Shown: positions 9,138 through 20,383, numbered from the stretch's first letter. The stretch is DNA of 63,625 nucleotides from Candidatus Saccharimonadota bacterium (GCA_010014525.1 RZZT01000001.1:1-63625), one strand, 5' to 3'. The notes: generated by a model not told the origin, from the sequence alone. Numbers and translations: made by a program.

Positions 9138-10886
9138 ATGAATGACGCCAGAGACGAGATTCGTTCCAGGATAAATCTAGAGGATTTGGTGAGTGAATAT
9201 GTTGAGTTGAAACGAGCCGGTAGGAACTTCAAGGCGCTCAGCCCGTGGACGAACGAGCGGACGCCTAGTTTTATAGTGAGTCCAGATAAGCAAATTTGGC
9301 ATGATTTTTCATCTGGTAAAGGCGGTGATATTTTTGGCTTTATTATGGAAGTTGAAGGTATGGAATTTCGTGAAGCACTAGAATACTTAGCTCGCAAGGC
9401 TGGAGTGGAGCTGGCTAATTTCGACTCAAAACGCTCGGCTGAGGCTGCGGAACAAAAGAAAAAATTATATGAAATTTCAGCTCTCGCAGTCCAGTTCTAT
9501 CAGTATTGCTTAACAAAAGATAAGGCGGCAGCTGAATATGTGCTTAAAAATCGTAAATTATCCAAGGAGATTATAAAAGAATTTCATATTGGATATGCGC
9601 CGAACTCCAAACAACTACTCAGGAGTTTTTTGGAGAAGAAGAAATTTTCATTGATTGATATTAGACTAGCAGGGTTGTTAAATCGGTTTGATGGTGATTT
9701 ATTTCGGGGGCGGGTGATGATACCGCTGATGGATCCGAGTGGAGCGCCAATCGGTTTCACTGGTCGAGCGCTGAAAGATGAGCCGAATTCGCCAAAATAT
9801 CTAAATACGCCACAAACTACACTATATGATAAATCGCGTCACATTTTTGGTCTTTCGCAGGCTAAACAATCAATCCGCCGCGACGGTTTCGCTGTAGTGG
9901 TAGAAGGCAATATGGACGTTATCGCTAGCCATCAGGCGGGCGTGAAAAATGTTGTAGCAACGGCTGGTACGGCAATGACGGCTCAGCATTTAAAATCTCT
10001 GGCGCGGTTTGCTGGTGATATTCGCCTATGTTTTGATGCCGACCAAGCAGGAATCAACGCTACTGAGCGGACTATTACGTTGGCTCAAACGGCTGGTGTT
10101 GAGCTTTCGATTATCACACTTGATCAATCGGCGGGCGGGGCAAAAGATCCTGATGAGTTAATTCAAAAAGACGCGGAGTTATGGAAAAATTCTATTGCAC
10201 ACCCACAACCAGCGGTCGATTGGATTTTTGACCAATATGAAAAACGGCTGGACATTAAAACTGCCAATGGTAAACGGCAGTTTTCGACGGTTGCTTTAAA
10301 GCTGGTGGAGAATTTGAACGATCCAGTAGAGAAAGAACATTATTTAGATGAAATCTCGCGCCGGATTGGAACTTCACGTCAAGCTCTGGTCGCCAAATTC
10401 TCAGATGTGAAACAAAATCAAAAGCCGAAACGACGCACTAAGATTGATAAATCCGCCGCCAAAAAAGCTACGCCAAAAAAGGAGCTTTTATATGAGGAGG
10501 ATCTACTTGGTCTAGCGATTGCCTACAAAGAATCGGCTGAATTGTTGCAAAATCTACCTGAGAATTGCTTTAGCGAGACGAATAGAGACCAACTTTTAGA
10601 GATTTTGAAGCAAAATGACCGTGAAAAATTGAAAAAATATGATAACTATGTTAAAATACTATTATTGAAAGTAGATGAACGCTACGACGGCTGGAAAACA
10701 AGTGAAGTCGCGGTAGAAATTACGCGTTTAGTCCAAAAAGTGCAAAAACAACACCTAGAAAAACAGAAAGATGTCTTGCAAGATCAGCTTAGAGATGCAG
10801 AGACTCAGAGTGATGATAAACTGGCACGCAAGCTTTTACTGGAAATTACCAAATTAAATAAGGAGATAAATAGTGGCAAAATCTAA
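9138..10886 (+). CDS. dnaG: DNA primase
   Basis: [36 protein letters not shown] and KDPD TOPRIM motifs; immediately upstream of rpoD. Confidence 0.97.
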   Translation: MNDARDEIRSRINLEDLVSEYVELKRAGRNFKALSPWTNERTPSFIVSPDKQIWHDFSSGKGGDIFGFIMEVEGMEFREALEYLARKAGVELANFDSKRSAEAAEQKKKLYEISALAVQFYQYCLTKDKAAAEYVLKNRKLSKEIIKEFHIGYAPNSKQLLRSFLEKKKFSLIDIRLAGLLNRFDGDLFRGRVMIPLMDPSGAPIGFTGRALKDEPNSPKYLNTPQTTLYDKSRHIFGLSQAKQSIRRDGFAVVVEGNMDVIASHQAGVKNVVATAGTAMTAQHLKSLARFAGDIRLCFDADQAGINATERTITLAQTAGVELSIITLDQSAGGAKDPDELIQKDAELWKNSIAHPQPAVDWIFDQYEKRLDIKTANGKRQFSTVALKLVENLNDPVEKEHYLDEISRRIGTSRQALVAKFSDVKQNQKPKRRTKIDKSAAKKATPKKELLYEEDLLGLAIAYKESAELLQNLPENCFSETNRDQLLEILKQNDREKLKKYDNYVKILLLKVDERYDGWKTSEVAVEITRLVQKVQKQHLEKQKDVLQDQLRDAETQSDDKLARKLLLEITKLNKEINSGKI

Positions 10887-11886
10887 GAAGGAAACTAAAT
10901 TGTCCGAAGAGGTGATAGACGAAAATGGTGTGGTAGACGCGACTGCTAGCATAAATGAGATTGATGGTCCAGATATTGATGAGTTAGCCGAAGAAGAGGA
11001 AGATCTAGCCGATGATGATATTATGTCTGGAAGCTACGTTGATGATATCTCAGATGATAGCGTACGGATGTATCTGCGTGAAATTGGTAAAATCCCTCTT
11101 TTGACGCACGAAGAAGAAATGGTGCTTTCGCGAAAAGCCGTGGAAGGCGACCGTCGGGCTAAAGATAAAATGGCCGAAGCAAATATGCGTTTGGTGGTTT
11201 CGATTGCTAAGCGATATTCTGGCCGCGGCCTAGATCTTTTGGACTTGATCCAAGAGGGGAATACTGGGTTACTGCGTGCGGTTGATAAATTTGATCCAGA
11301 GAAAGGCTATAAATTTTCAACTTATGCCACTTGGTGGATTCGCCAAGCGATTACGCGGGCCATCGCCGACCAAGCGCGAACTATTCGCATCCCGGTTCAT
11401 ATGGTTGAAACAATCAACAAGTTGATGCGCACGCAGCGCCGCATGACTCAAGAGCTAAACCGTGAGCCGACTACCGAAGAACTAGCGAAAGAGTTGGATA
11501 TTGAGCCGGAAAAAGTTGAGTATGTGATGAAAATCAAACAGGACATTTCATCTCTTGATGCTGGAATTGGCCGCGATGGCGAAGATGGCGAAGACTCAAC
11601 CCTCGGAGATTTTATTGAAGACGAAGATACTGCGAGCCCAGAAGAATCGGCCGCTGGGCAATTACTAAAAGAACAGGTTCGCGAAGTGCTTTCTAGCTTG
11701 AGCGACCGAGAGCAAAAGATTATCAAAATGCGTTTTGGGCTTGATGGCACCAAAAGCCATACCTTGGAAGAAGTTGGCTTGGAGTTTGCGGTAACACGTG
11801 AGCGAATTCGTCAGATTGAAGCTAAGGCCTTGATGAAGTTACGCAAGCATAAAGATTCAAGAAAATTACACGAATATCTAAGTTAA
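10873..11886 (+). CDS. rpoD: RNA polymerase primary sigma factor
   Basis: [44 protein letters not shown] and TRERIRQIE. Confidence 0.97.
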   Translation: MAKSKKETKLSEEVIDENGVVDATASINEIDGPDIDELAEEEEDLADDDIMSGSYVDDISDDSVRMYLREIGKIPLLTHEEEMVLSRKAVEGDRRAKDKMAEANMRLVVSIAKRYSGRGLDLLDLIQEGNTGLLRAVDKFDPEKGYKFSTYATWWIRQAITRAIADQARTIRIPVHMVETINKLMRTQRRMTQELNREPTTEELAKELDIEPEKVEYVMKIKQDISSLDAGIGRDGEDGEDSTLGDFIEDEDTASPEESAAGQLLKEQVREVLSSLSDREQKIIKMRFGLDGTKSHTLEEVGLEFAVTRERIRQIEAKALMKLRKHKDSRKLHEYLS

Positions 11887-11896
11887 GGAGAATTAT

Positions 11897-12508
11897 ATGA
11901 AAGATAAATTATTACGAGTTGCGCCGATTTTATTGATTGTAGTGATTGCAATTTTAGCGATTGCCGCTTTAGTTAGTCTGGGCCAGGCGATGTTCGGTGG
12001 CGGGCAAAGTTCACAAACTAGCGACTTGGTAGATATATCGATTGAAAGTTTATTAAAAACCGACACTGCTCGTAGTGTTAAAATGACAGTTCGTGGACCG
12101 ATTGTAGCAGATGAGAATTTTCGATCGTATGTGGTAGAGGTAAGCTCTACTGAACGCAAACTTGTAACTTATAAGGGATACCTTGAGAGTGTGATTGATG
12201 AAGTTAAGCTTGAAAATAATACAAAATCGTACGACGAGTTTGTGCACGCTCTAAATAAGGCTAATATAATGAGCGGCAAGCAGTTAGAAGACGACGCCAA
12301 CGACGTACGGGGGATTTGCGCTACTGGCCACACTTATGACTTTGCAATTTTGAATGATGGTGAAGTTGAGAAAAACCTGTGGACTTCAACCTGTGAGGGC
12401 TCGACTGGGTCTTTGCAAGCAAATGTAAAACAGTTACAGAACCTATTTATCTTGCAAATCCCAAATAACAGCGAAATTGTGCGCGATCTGGGTGTGGGCC
12501 GTAATTAA
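11897..12508 (+). CDS. Hypothetical membrane-anchored/exported protein
   Basis: N-terminal hydrophobic helix, Cys pair, AGGAG SD. Confidence 0.75.
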   Translation: MKDKLLRVAPILLIVVIAILAIAALVSLGQAMFGGGQSSQTSDLVDISIESLLKTDTARSVKMTVRGPIVADENFRSYVVEVSSTERKLVTYKGYLESVIDEVKLENNTKSYDEFVHALNKANIMSGKQLEDDANDVRGICATGHTYDFAILNDGEVEKNLWTSTCEGSTGSLQANVKQLQNLFILQIPNNSEIVRDLGVGRN

Positions 12509-12607
12509 ATAACTTTTAAATATTTTTAATTAGCTGTATACGTATCCGAAGTCAAAAATAGTATTTTTATTTAGTGTCGTACAATATAATAAGGAGGGAG
12601 GGAATGG

Positions 12608-13480
12608 ATGCCAGAACTGCCAGAGGTTGAGACGGTTGCTCGCGGTTTGCGCCGCTTGATTGTGGGTAAAAACATCGTCAAAGTTAGCCATGATAACGCT
12701 AAAAGTTTTCCTAATTCTCTAGTGGAAGTCAATAATTTTATGGTTGGCGCGAATATTGGAGGCGTCCGCCGTCGCGCCAAAGTTATTATAATTGACCTCG
12801 ATGATAGCTGGTCTCTAGTAGCCCACCTTAAGATGACTGGTCAAATGGTGTATCGGGGTGAAGAGAATTGGGGGGCGGGGCATCCGAATGATGATTTTTT
12901 GGCGGAATTACCAGTGAGAGCCACCAGGGTGCAGATTGAATTTAGCGACGGTAGTAAACTATTCTTTAACGACCAGCGCAAGTTCGGCTGGATGAAGTTA
13001 CTACCGACTGCAGAAATTAAAAATATGCCGTTTTTCATAAAAGTCGGCCCGGAGCCGCTCGAAGATTCATTTACTCTTGAGAATTTTATAGATAGGTTTA
13101 AACGCAAAAAGCGCAGCGCGATAAAGGCGGCTTTGCTGGATCAATCGGTGATTGCCGGAGTGGGTAATATTTATGCCGACGAATCTCTCTGGCGTGCGCA
13201 AATTCATCCCGAAACTAGAGTCGAGTCTCTTGATAGCTCGGAGTTTAAGCGTCTTTATGAGGCTGTTCGATACGTAATGAACCTCTCAATTGAGAAGGGC
13301 GGAAGCACGGCGCGCAACTATGTCAACGCAGATGGCGGCAAGGGAAATTATTTAGATTATGCTAATGTTTTCAGAAAAGAGGGCTCGCTTTGTGCGCGAT
13401 GTGGTTCGGAAATTATAAAAACTAGAGTCGCTGGGCGAGGCACGCATATTTGCCCAGTTTGCCAAAAAGTTAAGGCTTAA
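12608..13480 (+). CDS. mutM: Formamidopyrimidine-DNA glycosylase
   Basis: MPELPEVET, HLKMTG, GVGNIYADE and C-terminal CxxC...CxxC zinc finger. Confidence 0.97.
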   Translation: MPELPEVETVARGLRRLIVGKNIVKVSHDNAKSFPNSLVEVNNFMVGANIGGVRRRAKVIIIDLDDSWSLVAHLKMTGQMVYRGEENWGAGHPNDDFLAELPVRATRVQIEFSDGSKLFFNDQRKFGWMKLLPTAEIKNMPFFIKVGPEPLEDSFTLENFIDRFKRKKRSAIKAALLDQSVIAGVGNIYADESLWRAQIHPETRVESLDSSEFKRLYEAVRYVMNLSIEKGGSTARNYVNADGGKGNYLDYANVFRKEGSLCARCGSEIIKTRVAGRGTHICPVCQKVKA

Positions 13481-13481
13481 A

Positions 13482-14435
13482 ATGGATAATTTAGCTTCTA
13501 GGGCGATTCTTTTGTACGGGGAAAACAGTTTTGAGCGGGCAAGAGAACTGGCTGAATTGTCTAAACTAGCTAAAAAAGATGATTTTGACATTGAGAAAAT
13601 TGATGGTGAGAGTTTGACTAGTTCGGATATGGTTAGCTTAGTCTCTGGGATTAGTTTACTCAGTGAAAAACGGTGTATACTCATCAAAAATCTAAGTCTC
13701 AATGCTGGAATATGGAATATTCTGGATCAATTTATTTCCAAAATTTCGAGCGATATTTTTTTAGTAATTATTGAAGATAAGTTAGACAAGCGAACGAAAA
13801 CTTTTAAAGCGGTAGCAAAAATTGCCGATATGCGTGAATTTAAGGTTTTAACTCCTAAAGATGCGGGACTTTTAGCCGAAACGGCCAGAGGCATAGCGAA
13901 ATCTCACGGCGAATCTATGAACCTAAAAGATGCGAAATTCTTAGTCAATTGGGTTGGAATGAGCGAGTGGAAAGTCAAATCGGCGGTGGATAGGTTGGCA
14001 ATGGTTGGTGATTTGAGTGAGGCGGCTATCAAGAAATATGTTCCTCAAACCCTCGAAAATAACGTGTTTGGGCTATTTGAAGCGGCAATCAATCGCCGAA
14101 TTAATTTTATAATTACAAGCTTAGACCCGATGCGATATAACAATAATTTAGATGAGGCCTATCAGCTATTCGGCTTAATATCGACGCAATTATTTAATCT
14201 AGCAGCTCTAAAACTAGGCTCTTTTGAGGGCCATTCGGTGGCGGATATCTCTAGTGATATCGGTGTAAACGCTTGGGGATTGAATCAATTGCAAAGCCTC
14301 AAAAACCAATGCTCAGACGAAGACATTGAAAAGATTTCAAAAATTTTAGCTAGAGCAGATGATAATATTAAAAAATCAAGTGGTGCTGTATGGGACTTCG
14401 TGGAGAGTGTCCTGCTGGGAATCGCTGCTAGGTAA
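13482..14435 (+). CDS. holA: DNA polymerase III subunit delta
   Basis: LLYGEN start, SLLSEKRCILIKN, KLDKRTK; size matches. Confidence 0.75.
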   Translation: MDNLASRAILLYGENSFERARELAELSKLAKKDDFDIEKIDGESLTSSDMVSLVSGISLLSEKRCILIKNLSLNAGIWNILDQFISKISSDIFLVIIEDKLDKRTKTFKAVAKIADMREFKVLTPKDAGLLAETARGIAKSHGESMNLKDAKFLVNWVGMSEWKVKSAVDRLAMVGDLSEAAIKKYVPQTLENNVFGLFEAAINRRINFIITSLDPMRYNNNLDEAYQLFGLISTQLFNLAALKLGSFEGHSVADISSDIGVNAWGLNQLQSLKNQCSDEDIEKISKILARADDNIKKSSGAVWDFVESVLLGIAAR

Positions 14436-14486
14436 TTTAGGTGTCTTTTGCAAAAACTCGCAAATTATGATAAAATTAAACCAATT

Positions 14487-16739
14487 ATGGCTAAGAAAGG
14501 AAAAAGCAAAAAGAGTGCGAAAAGCACTAAAAAATCAGAACCTTATGGTTTACCGACTGGTTTTTGGGCGCAAGTAGGCGCAGTTTTTTTGATTATTGTA
14601 AGCTTTTTGATGGTGTTGAGCTGGTTCGGTAGTGGCGGATCCGCGCCTCATTTTATCCATACCAACTTATTGAAATTTATGGGATACACGGTTTTCATTA
14701 TGCCCCTAATCTTGATTTTTAACGCAGTCGAAATATTTCGCAACGAAGACAATAAAATGTCGGGTGTGGTTGTTCTGTCCTCTGTTTTGATGGTGTTGTG
14801 GTTGAGCGGGCTATTCGGCTTAGTTAGAAATGACGCAGGCTTATATAGCGGTGGATTTGTAGGAGATCTAGTTAATAAATTAATATTAGGCTTAGTTAAT
14901 CCGGCTGTTGCGGGGATAATATATGCATTTTTGATTTTTGTCACTGTCTTGGCAGTATTGCGCCTCTCACCAACGGTAGTATTTAAACAGTTTGTAAAAG
15001 CACTAAAAACTAGTGACGCTAATCGAGATAGCCAGAACATAAGTGTGATGCGTAAAGCTGCTGAGACCACTGTCGTATCTAAATCCAAAGAAGATAAGCA
15101 GCTCAAGAGTGATTTTAAACTTAATGCCGGAGTGGCGGTCTTAGATAAGGAGGCGGATGCCATTAAAAGCGGTAAAAGGGCTAAAGGCGGATTGAGTAAT
15201 CTCCGTGGCAGCGTGACGCAAGATAAAGTAGCTGAGAATCGGACGGCGATGTTAGCGGTAAGCGATCCGAATTGGGAGGCCCCGAATCAAGACTTGCTGG
15301 AAAAGGGTGAATCTCCAGCTGACGCAGGCGATATCAAGCAGAACGCGACAATTATCAAAGACACCTTGCACGATTTTAATATTGATGTAGAGATGGAGGG
15401 CGCGAATATCGGCCCCAAAGTAACCCAATATACGCTTCGCCCACCGAGTGGTGTCAAATTGACGAGAATCACGGCGCTAGAAACTAATATTGCCTTGAAT
15501 TTGGCAGCGCAGAGTCTACGTATTGAAGCACCGATTCCGGGTAAACGAGCGGTTGGCATCGAGGTGCCGAATCTGAAGGCGGCAGACGTGAGGCTTTATG
15601 GTATGTTGAGCTCTACAGAATGGAAACGCGCGAGTGAGCCGCTAAGTTTCGCAGTTGGCAAAGATATTACGGGCGAAAGTGTAGTGGCCTCGCTTAATAA
15701 GATGCCTCATCTTTTGATCGCTGGTCAGACCGGATCTGGTAAGTCGGTGATGATTAATACACTTTTGGCGAGCCTTTTATACAGAAATAGCCCGAGCGAC
15801 ATGAAGCTAATCTTAGTTGATCCAAAGCAAGTTGAAATGGCGCCGTATGAGGATATCCCGCACCTGCTCACGCCGATTATTAACGACCCAGAAAAGACAA
15901 TTTCAGCTCTAAAATGGGCGGTCAATGAGATGGAGCGCCGATATAAGCTCCTAGCAGAAGAGAAGATCAAAGAAATTCGCAGTTATAATAAGATGATTCG
16001 TGCTCGTGGCAAGAAGATTGAGGTGATGGATGAAGCTGGTCATGTGCAAAAGCATGATGATGGCACCATGCCATATATCGTGATTGTGATTGATGAGCTG
16101 TCTGATTTGATGATGGTGGCGGCGCGTGATGTTGAGGCTTTGATTGTGCGTCTTGCGCAAAAAGCTCGTGCTGTCGGTATCCACTTAGTGCTCGCGACTC
16201 AGCGTCCGAGCGTGGATGTCATTACAGGATTAATTAAGGCTAACGTGCCAGCCCGAATTGCCTTTACGGTAGCCAGCCAGGTTGATTCGCGTACGATTTT
16301 GGACCAAATTGGGGCTGAGAAATTGCTCGGTCAAGGTGATATGCTATTTTTGACGTCCGATATGAGTAAGCCGCGCCGCATCCAAGGGGCTTGGGTGACG
16401 GATAGCGAGGTTAACGCGATTAATGGTCATTTGCGTTTGCAATCACCACCGCAATACAATGATGAGATTATTAGTCAGCCAGTTCAAATCAGCACTAGGG
16501 GTGGTATTGTGATGGGTGGCAGTATGAGTGATAGCACAGATGAGACTTTTCAAGATGCAGTACGGATTGTAATGGACGCGAAGAAAGCCTCAACTAGTCT
16601 GTTGCAGCGGCGGCTAAAAATTGGCTATGGTCGAGCCTCTAGAATCATTGACGAGATGGAGGAACGGGGGATTGTTGGCCCACCAAATGGCTCTAAGCCA
16701 CGCGAGATTTTGATTTCAAGTTTGGAGGAAGTGGAATAG
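14487..16739 (+). CDS. ftsK: DNA translocase FtsK/SpoIIIE
   Basis: N-terminal TM helices, PHLLIAGQTGSGKS, IDELSDLM, ATQRPSVDV and gamma domain (SLLQRRLKIGYGRA). Confidence 0.96.
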   Translation: MAKKGKSKKSAKSTKKSEPYGLPTGFWAQVGAVFLIIVSFLMVLSWFGSGGSAPHFIHTNLLKFMGYTVFIMPLILIFNAVEIFRNEDNKMSGVVVLSSVLMVLWLSGLFGLVRNDAGLYSGGFVGDLVNKLILGLVNPAVAGIIYAFLIFVTVLAVLRLSPTVVFKQFVKALKTSDANRDSQNISVMRKAAETTVVSKSKEDKQLKSDFKLNAGVAVLDKEADAIKSGKRAKGGLSNLRGSVTQDKVAENRTAMLAVSDPNWEAPNQDLLEKGESPADAGDIKQNATIIKDTLHDFNIDVEMEGANIGPKVTQYTLRPPSGVKLTRITALETNIALNLAAQSLRIEAPIPGKRAVGIEVPNLKAADVRLYGMLSSTEWKRASEPLSFAVGKDITGESVVASLNKMPHLLIAGQTGSGKSVMINTLLASLLYRNSPSDMKLILVDPKQVEMAPYEDIPHLLTPIINDPEKTISALKWAVNEMERRYKLLAEEKIKEIRSYNKMIRARGKKIEVMDEAGHVQKHDDGTMPYIVIVIDELSDLMMVAARDVEALIVRLAQKARAVGIHLVLATQRPSVDVITGLIKANVPARIAFTVASQVDSRTILDQIGAEKLLGQGDMLFLTSDMSKPRRIQGAWVTDSEVNAINGHLRLQSPPQYNDEIISQPVQISTRGGIVMGGSMSDSTDETFQDAVRIVMDAKKASTSLLQRRLKIGYGRASRIIDEMEERGIVGPPNGSKPREILISSLEEVE

Positions 16740-16888
16740 AGGAGCCCCCTTGTTTTTGCGTTATAGGTGCAAAATATGATAGATAAACCGCCGCGGCGAT
16801 GAATAGCTGTAATAAATTTACAATAGCTATAGCACTCAGGCGGCGGTGGAGTTTATCCTATGAGTAATTAGTATTAATAAGATCTAGC

Positions 16889-16917
16889 TTGATTTTTTGC
16901 CCATAAATTGGTATAAT
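16889..16917 (+). promoter_or_regulatory. sigma70 promoter of rpsF-ssb-rpsR
   Basis: TTGATT-17 nt-TATAAT with TG extended -10. Confidence 0.75.
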
Positions 16918-16930
16918 AACACTAATATTA

Positions 16931-16976
16931 GACTCAGTTTATAACTTAAAAGGGTATAGACTTTAACCAAAGGAGT
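16931..16976 (+). promoter_or_regulatory. Probable S6:S18 ribosomal protein leader
   Basis: ACTC/GAGT outer helix sequesters the SD; inner stem AGTTTATA/TATAGACT; unpaired CCA (CCR motif) before the SD. Confidence 0.55.
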
Positions 16977-16979
16977 AAG

Positions 16980-17294
16980 ATGAAAGACTACGAATTGACG
17001 GTTCTGATTCATCCTGACTTTGAGAGTGATGTTGAAAAACCACTTGAAAAAGTCCGCAACCTTATCAAGACCAACGGTGGCGAGATTGCGAAAGAGGATA
17101 ATTGGGGCAAGAAGAAACTGGCATACCAAATTCGCAGAGAAGATTTTGCGATTTATGTAGCTATGGATGTAAAACTTCCAGCCGCAGCGCCTCTAAAAAT
17201 TAGCAACACGCTAAATATTACAGACGAAGTATTGCGATATCTTTTAGTGAAGGCCGAAGATCGACCAGCGCCAAAAGCTGAAGACGCAAAATAA
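16980..17294 (+). CDS. rpsF: 30S ribosomal protein S6
   Basis: YELTVLIHP, WGKKKLAYQI and VLRYLLVK. Confidence 0.97.
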   Translation: MKDYELTVLIHPDFESDVEKPLEKVRNLIKTNGGEIAKEDNWGKKKLAYQIRREDFAIYVAMDVKLPAAAPLKISNTLNITDEVLRYLLVKAEDRPAPKAEDAK

Positions 17295-17328
17295 TCGAAT
17301 AAATTTTTGGAACAAAGAAAGGTTACCA

Positions 17329-17775
17329 ATGGCATTTAACAAAGTTATACTACTAGGAAATTTGACAGCTGATCCTGAGCTTAGGACCACACCAAATGGT
17401 CAAAATGTAACTAGTTTTTCACTAGCAATCAACCGAACTTGGAATAGCGCTAACGGAGAACGCCAAGAGGAGACAAGCTTTATTAACTGTACTGCTTGGG
17501 GCAAAACTGGTGAAACAATTGCGAAATATGTTTCGCGTGGACGTCAACTTTTAGTAAGTGGTCGTTTGCAGCAGCGGACTTGGCAAGACAAAGACACTGG
17601 CAAAAATCGCAGTGCGATTGATGTGGTAGTAGAAGAGTTTAGCTTTGTGAGTGATGGCAATCGTTCTGGCGAAGGCGGTTCAAGTTCAGCCCCTCGCGGC
17701 AGTTCGTCCGTAAAAGAGCCGATTGTCGAAGATATTTCAGATGATCCGATTGACCTTTCGGACATTCCATTTTAA
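17329..17775 (+). CDS. ssb: Single-stranded DNA-binding protein
   Basis: NKVILLGNLTADPELR, GRLQQRTW and C-terminal DIPF. Confidence 0.97.
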   Translation: MAFNKVILLGNLTADPELRTTPNGQNVTSFSLAINRTWNSANGERQEETSFINCTAWGKTGETIAKYVSRGRQLLVSGRLQQRTWQDKDTGKNRSAIDVVVEEFSFVSDGNRSGEGGSSSAPRGSSSVKEPIVEDISDDPIDLSDIPF

Positions 17776-17787
17776 TAAGGAGTAATT

Positions 17788-17988
17788 ATGGCAAAACGAT
17801 TCAAGAAAGAAATTCCAGAATATTTTGATTACAAAGATGCAAAAACTTTGCAGAAATTTGTAAATATTTATGGTCAAATTGAGCCAGCCTCAAAAACTGG
17901 ACTAAGTGCTAAACAGCAGCGCCAACTAGCTACGGCTATCAAGCGTGCTCGTCACCTAGCGTTAGTTGCTTTCGTAAATAACGCGTAA
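17788..17988 (+). CDS. rpsR: 30S ribosomal protein S18
   Basis: [24 protein letters not shown]; operon position. Confidence 0.96.
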   Translation: MAKRFKKEIPEYFDYKDAKTLQKFVNIYGQIEPASKTGLSAKQQRQLATAIKRARHLALVAFVNNA

Positions 17989-18067
17989 GTAGAATTTGAA
18001 AGTTTTTCTCGCTTCTTTATCAGAGCGAGAAATTCTTGCGAATTTTAATAAAATAAAAGGAGAAAAT

Positions 18068-18628
18068 ATGTATCAGCCGACAGATTTAAAAAAAGGAATA
18101 GTCTTTCAGATAGACGGGCAGCCCTACAAGGTGGTTGAATATAACCAAAAAGTTGTTGGTCGTGGCGGAAGTATCGTCAGTGTCAAGGTAAAAAACTTGG
18201 TTACTGGTGCAATGCTACCTAAAACTTTTAAGGGCCAAGATAAAATTGAACCCGCTGAAGTTAATCTAAAGAAGGTGCAGTATTTGTATTCAGACGGCAA
18301 TGATTTTCACTTCATGGATCCAGAAACTTTTGAGCAATTTCAGTTGGATAAAGATATTATAGAAGATGCAGCTGGGTTTTTAAAAGAAGGTGAAGAGTTG
18401 AGTTTGCAGTTTTTTGATAATAAGGTTATTAACATCGAATTGCCGAAGAACGTCTACTTAAAAGTGGTTTATACCGAAAACGTAGTTAAGGGGGACACAA
18501 CCTCGAACGTCTTAAAAGATGCTGAGATGGAGACGGGAATCACTGTTAAGGTTCCGTCATTTATAAAAGAAGGTGATGTTATATCAGTAGATACTTCAAC
18601 TGGTGAATATCGCGAACGGCAAAAATAA
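18068..18628 (+). CDS. efp: Elongation factor P
   Basis: DLKKG, KVVGRGG loop, YLYSDG, FMDPETFEQ, KGDT and GEYRER; start at ATG 18068 after AGGAG. Confidence 0.95.
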   Translation: MYQPTDLKKGIVFQIDGQPYKVVEYNQKVVGRGGSIVSVKVKNLVTGAMLPKTFKGQDKIEPAEVNLKKVQYLYSDGNDFHFMDPETFEQFQLDKDIIEDAAGFLKEGEELSLQFFDNKVINIELPKNVYLKVVYTENVVKGDTTSNVLKDAEMETGITVKVPSFIKEGDVISVDTSTGEYRERQK

Positions 18629-18643
18629 ACCGGAGGTAAAAGG

Positions 18644-20383
18644 GTGGCTGAAAAAATAAAGCAGTTTTTTAAGATAATCTTTATTTTTTTTACTAAACAT
18701 TGTAAAAAGATAATCATTAGTATAGCATGCTCGATGTTGGTTGTTATTTTAGCCCAAGTATTTTGGCCGAAAAAATATTCTTTGCCATTTTCTAAAGTTG
18801 GTTCTGAAGAAATCGGAATTTTGGATCGTGATAAAATCCAAGAGACTGTAGAGCGCCAATTCTCTGGATCGGAAATTATTATAGAGTCAGGTGCTGATTC
18901 TAAGTCTAATTTGAAGGGCGAGGTTATGCTGAGTAGCGGTATTTTAGATGAGGCTTGGCTATCTTCGGAGCTGGAATATCCTTTAGTTTGGCGATTTGTG
19001 CCATTTTCATTTTACCTCTTTAAGACCGATATACAGGTTGTCAAATTTAATATAGACGAAGCTAAACTCGACAATTTATCTAAAGAGGAAGCTAAGGACC
19101 TCTCTCGCGAACCAAAAAATGCTGTTTTTGAAGTTGATGGTGAAAAAATTAATATCAAACCCAGCGAAGACGGCGTAAAAGTTGAATCTGGCGCTGTCAA
19201 AAGTGCTATAAAAGATTATGATTTTCGATTATCCAGTAATCATATATCTGTAAAAGGTGACAAGATAATCCCAGAGATTATTACTAGTAATTACGAATCA
19301 TTACGGGCTCAAGCTGAAAACGCAATTTCTAAAGACATCTATTTCATGCTGCCTGTCGGCAGCCGATTGAACAAGCTTGTGACATCTGATAAAGAGCGGG
19401 CGAGTTTATTGGATGTCACAAAAAATGAAGACGGTGAATTTGGCCTAACATTAAAAGATGATGAGCTATCTAAATTATTTGGTGCGCTAGAAGAAAAAGT
19501 CAGAAAAGAGCCCGGTGTAACAGTTATAAAAACTATAAATGGCGAGGAAGCCGGTCGTACTACCGGCATCGAGGGCTGGGGTCTGAATTTTGATGATTAT
19601 AAAGGCCAGATATTCTCTAAGATGTTTGATAATGGTTCTGGTGTAGAGATTGAGCTTAAGCTAAGATCTATCCCACCAGTTGTTAGATATGAGAGAGAAT
19701 TTACGAACAGCAACAAAGGCTTACAGAGCTATTTAGATGAGGTGACGAGGGATAAAAAAATATCAGTTAGTGTACAGCAACTATCGGGTGAATTTTGGAG
19801 TGCAGAATCAAACAGCAATAAACGGATGACTTCCGCTAGCACCTATAAATTATTTATGGCGCAGTTTATTATGAATAAAATTGATAATGGCCAGCTAGGT
19901 TGGGGTTCTTCGGCTCTAGGAACAAATGTTGAGGGGTGCATGTATAATATGATTGTTCGCAGCGCAAATGACTGCTCGGAATACTGGCTAAGTGTCTACG
20001 GCGGAAACACCATTAACAGTTATTTACAATCTGTTGGCTATGAGCCTGTGTTTTCTAATTCTGGCCAGGTGGCCTCAACGACTGCTAATAGCCTAAGAAA
20101 AATACTAACTAATTTATATTTTGGAGATAACTTCTCGGCGGGCAACGCCAATAAACTCCGCGAGTTAATGTCTTCTCAAATTTATAGACAGGGGATACCT
20201 TCCGGAACATCAAACCGGGTTGCTGATAAAGTTGGTTTTCTAAATGGAGTTTTGAATGACGCCGGGATAGTCTACCATCCTAAAGGCGACTATGCGTTGG
20301 TGGTGATGACAGAAGGTGAAAGTTGGGCAAAAATTGCTGAGATCACTAGAGAAATTGAGAGGATCATATATGTCCAAGGTTAG
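18644..20383 (+). CDS. Membrane-anchored serine hydrolase (class A beta-lactamase/PBP-like fold)
   Basis: TM helix, long linker region, then SxxK (STYK), SxN (SAN) and KxG (KVG) motifs. Confidence 0.8.
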   Translation: MAEKIKQFFKIIFIFFTKHCKKIIISIACSMLVVILAQVFWPKKYSLPFSKVGSEEIGILDRDKIQETVERQFSGSEIIIESGADSKSNLKGEVMLSSGILDEAWLSSELEYPLVWRFVPFSFYLFKTDIQVVKFNIDEAKLDNLSKEEAKDLSREPKNAVFEVDGEKINIKPSEDGVKVESGAVKSAIKDYDFRLSSNHISVKGDKIIPEIITSNYESLRAQAENAISKDIYFMLPVGSRLNKLVTSDKERASLLDVTKNEDGEFGLTLKDDELSKLFGALEEKVRKEPGVTVIKTINGEEAGRTTGIEGWGLNFDDYKGQIFSKMFDNGSGVEIELKLRSIPPVVRYEREFTNSNKGLQSYLDEVTRDKKISVSVQQLSGEFWSAESNSNKRMTSASTYKLFMAQFIMNKIDNGQLGWGSSALGTNVEGCMYNMIVRSANDCSEYWLSVYGGNTINSYLQSVGYEPVFSNSGQVASTTANSLRKILTNLYFGDNFSAGNANKLRELMSSQIYRQGIPSGTSNRVADKVGFLNGVLNDAGIVYHPKGDYALVVMTEGESWAKIAEITREIERIIYVQG

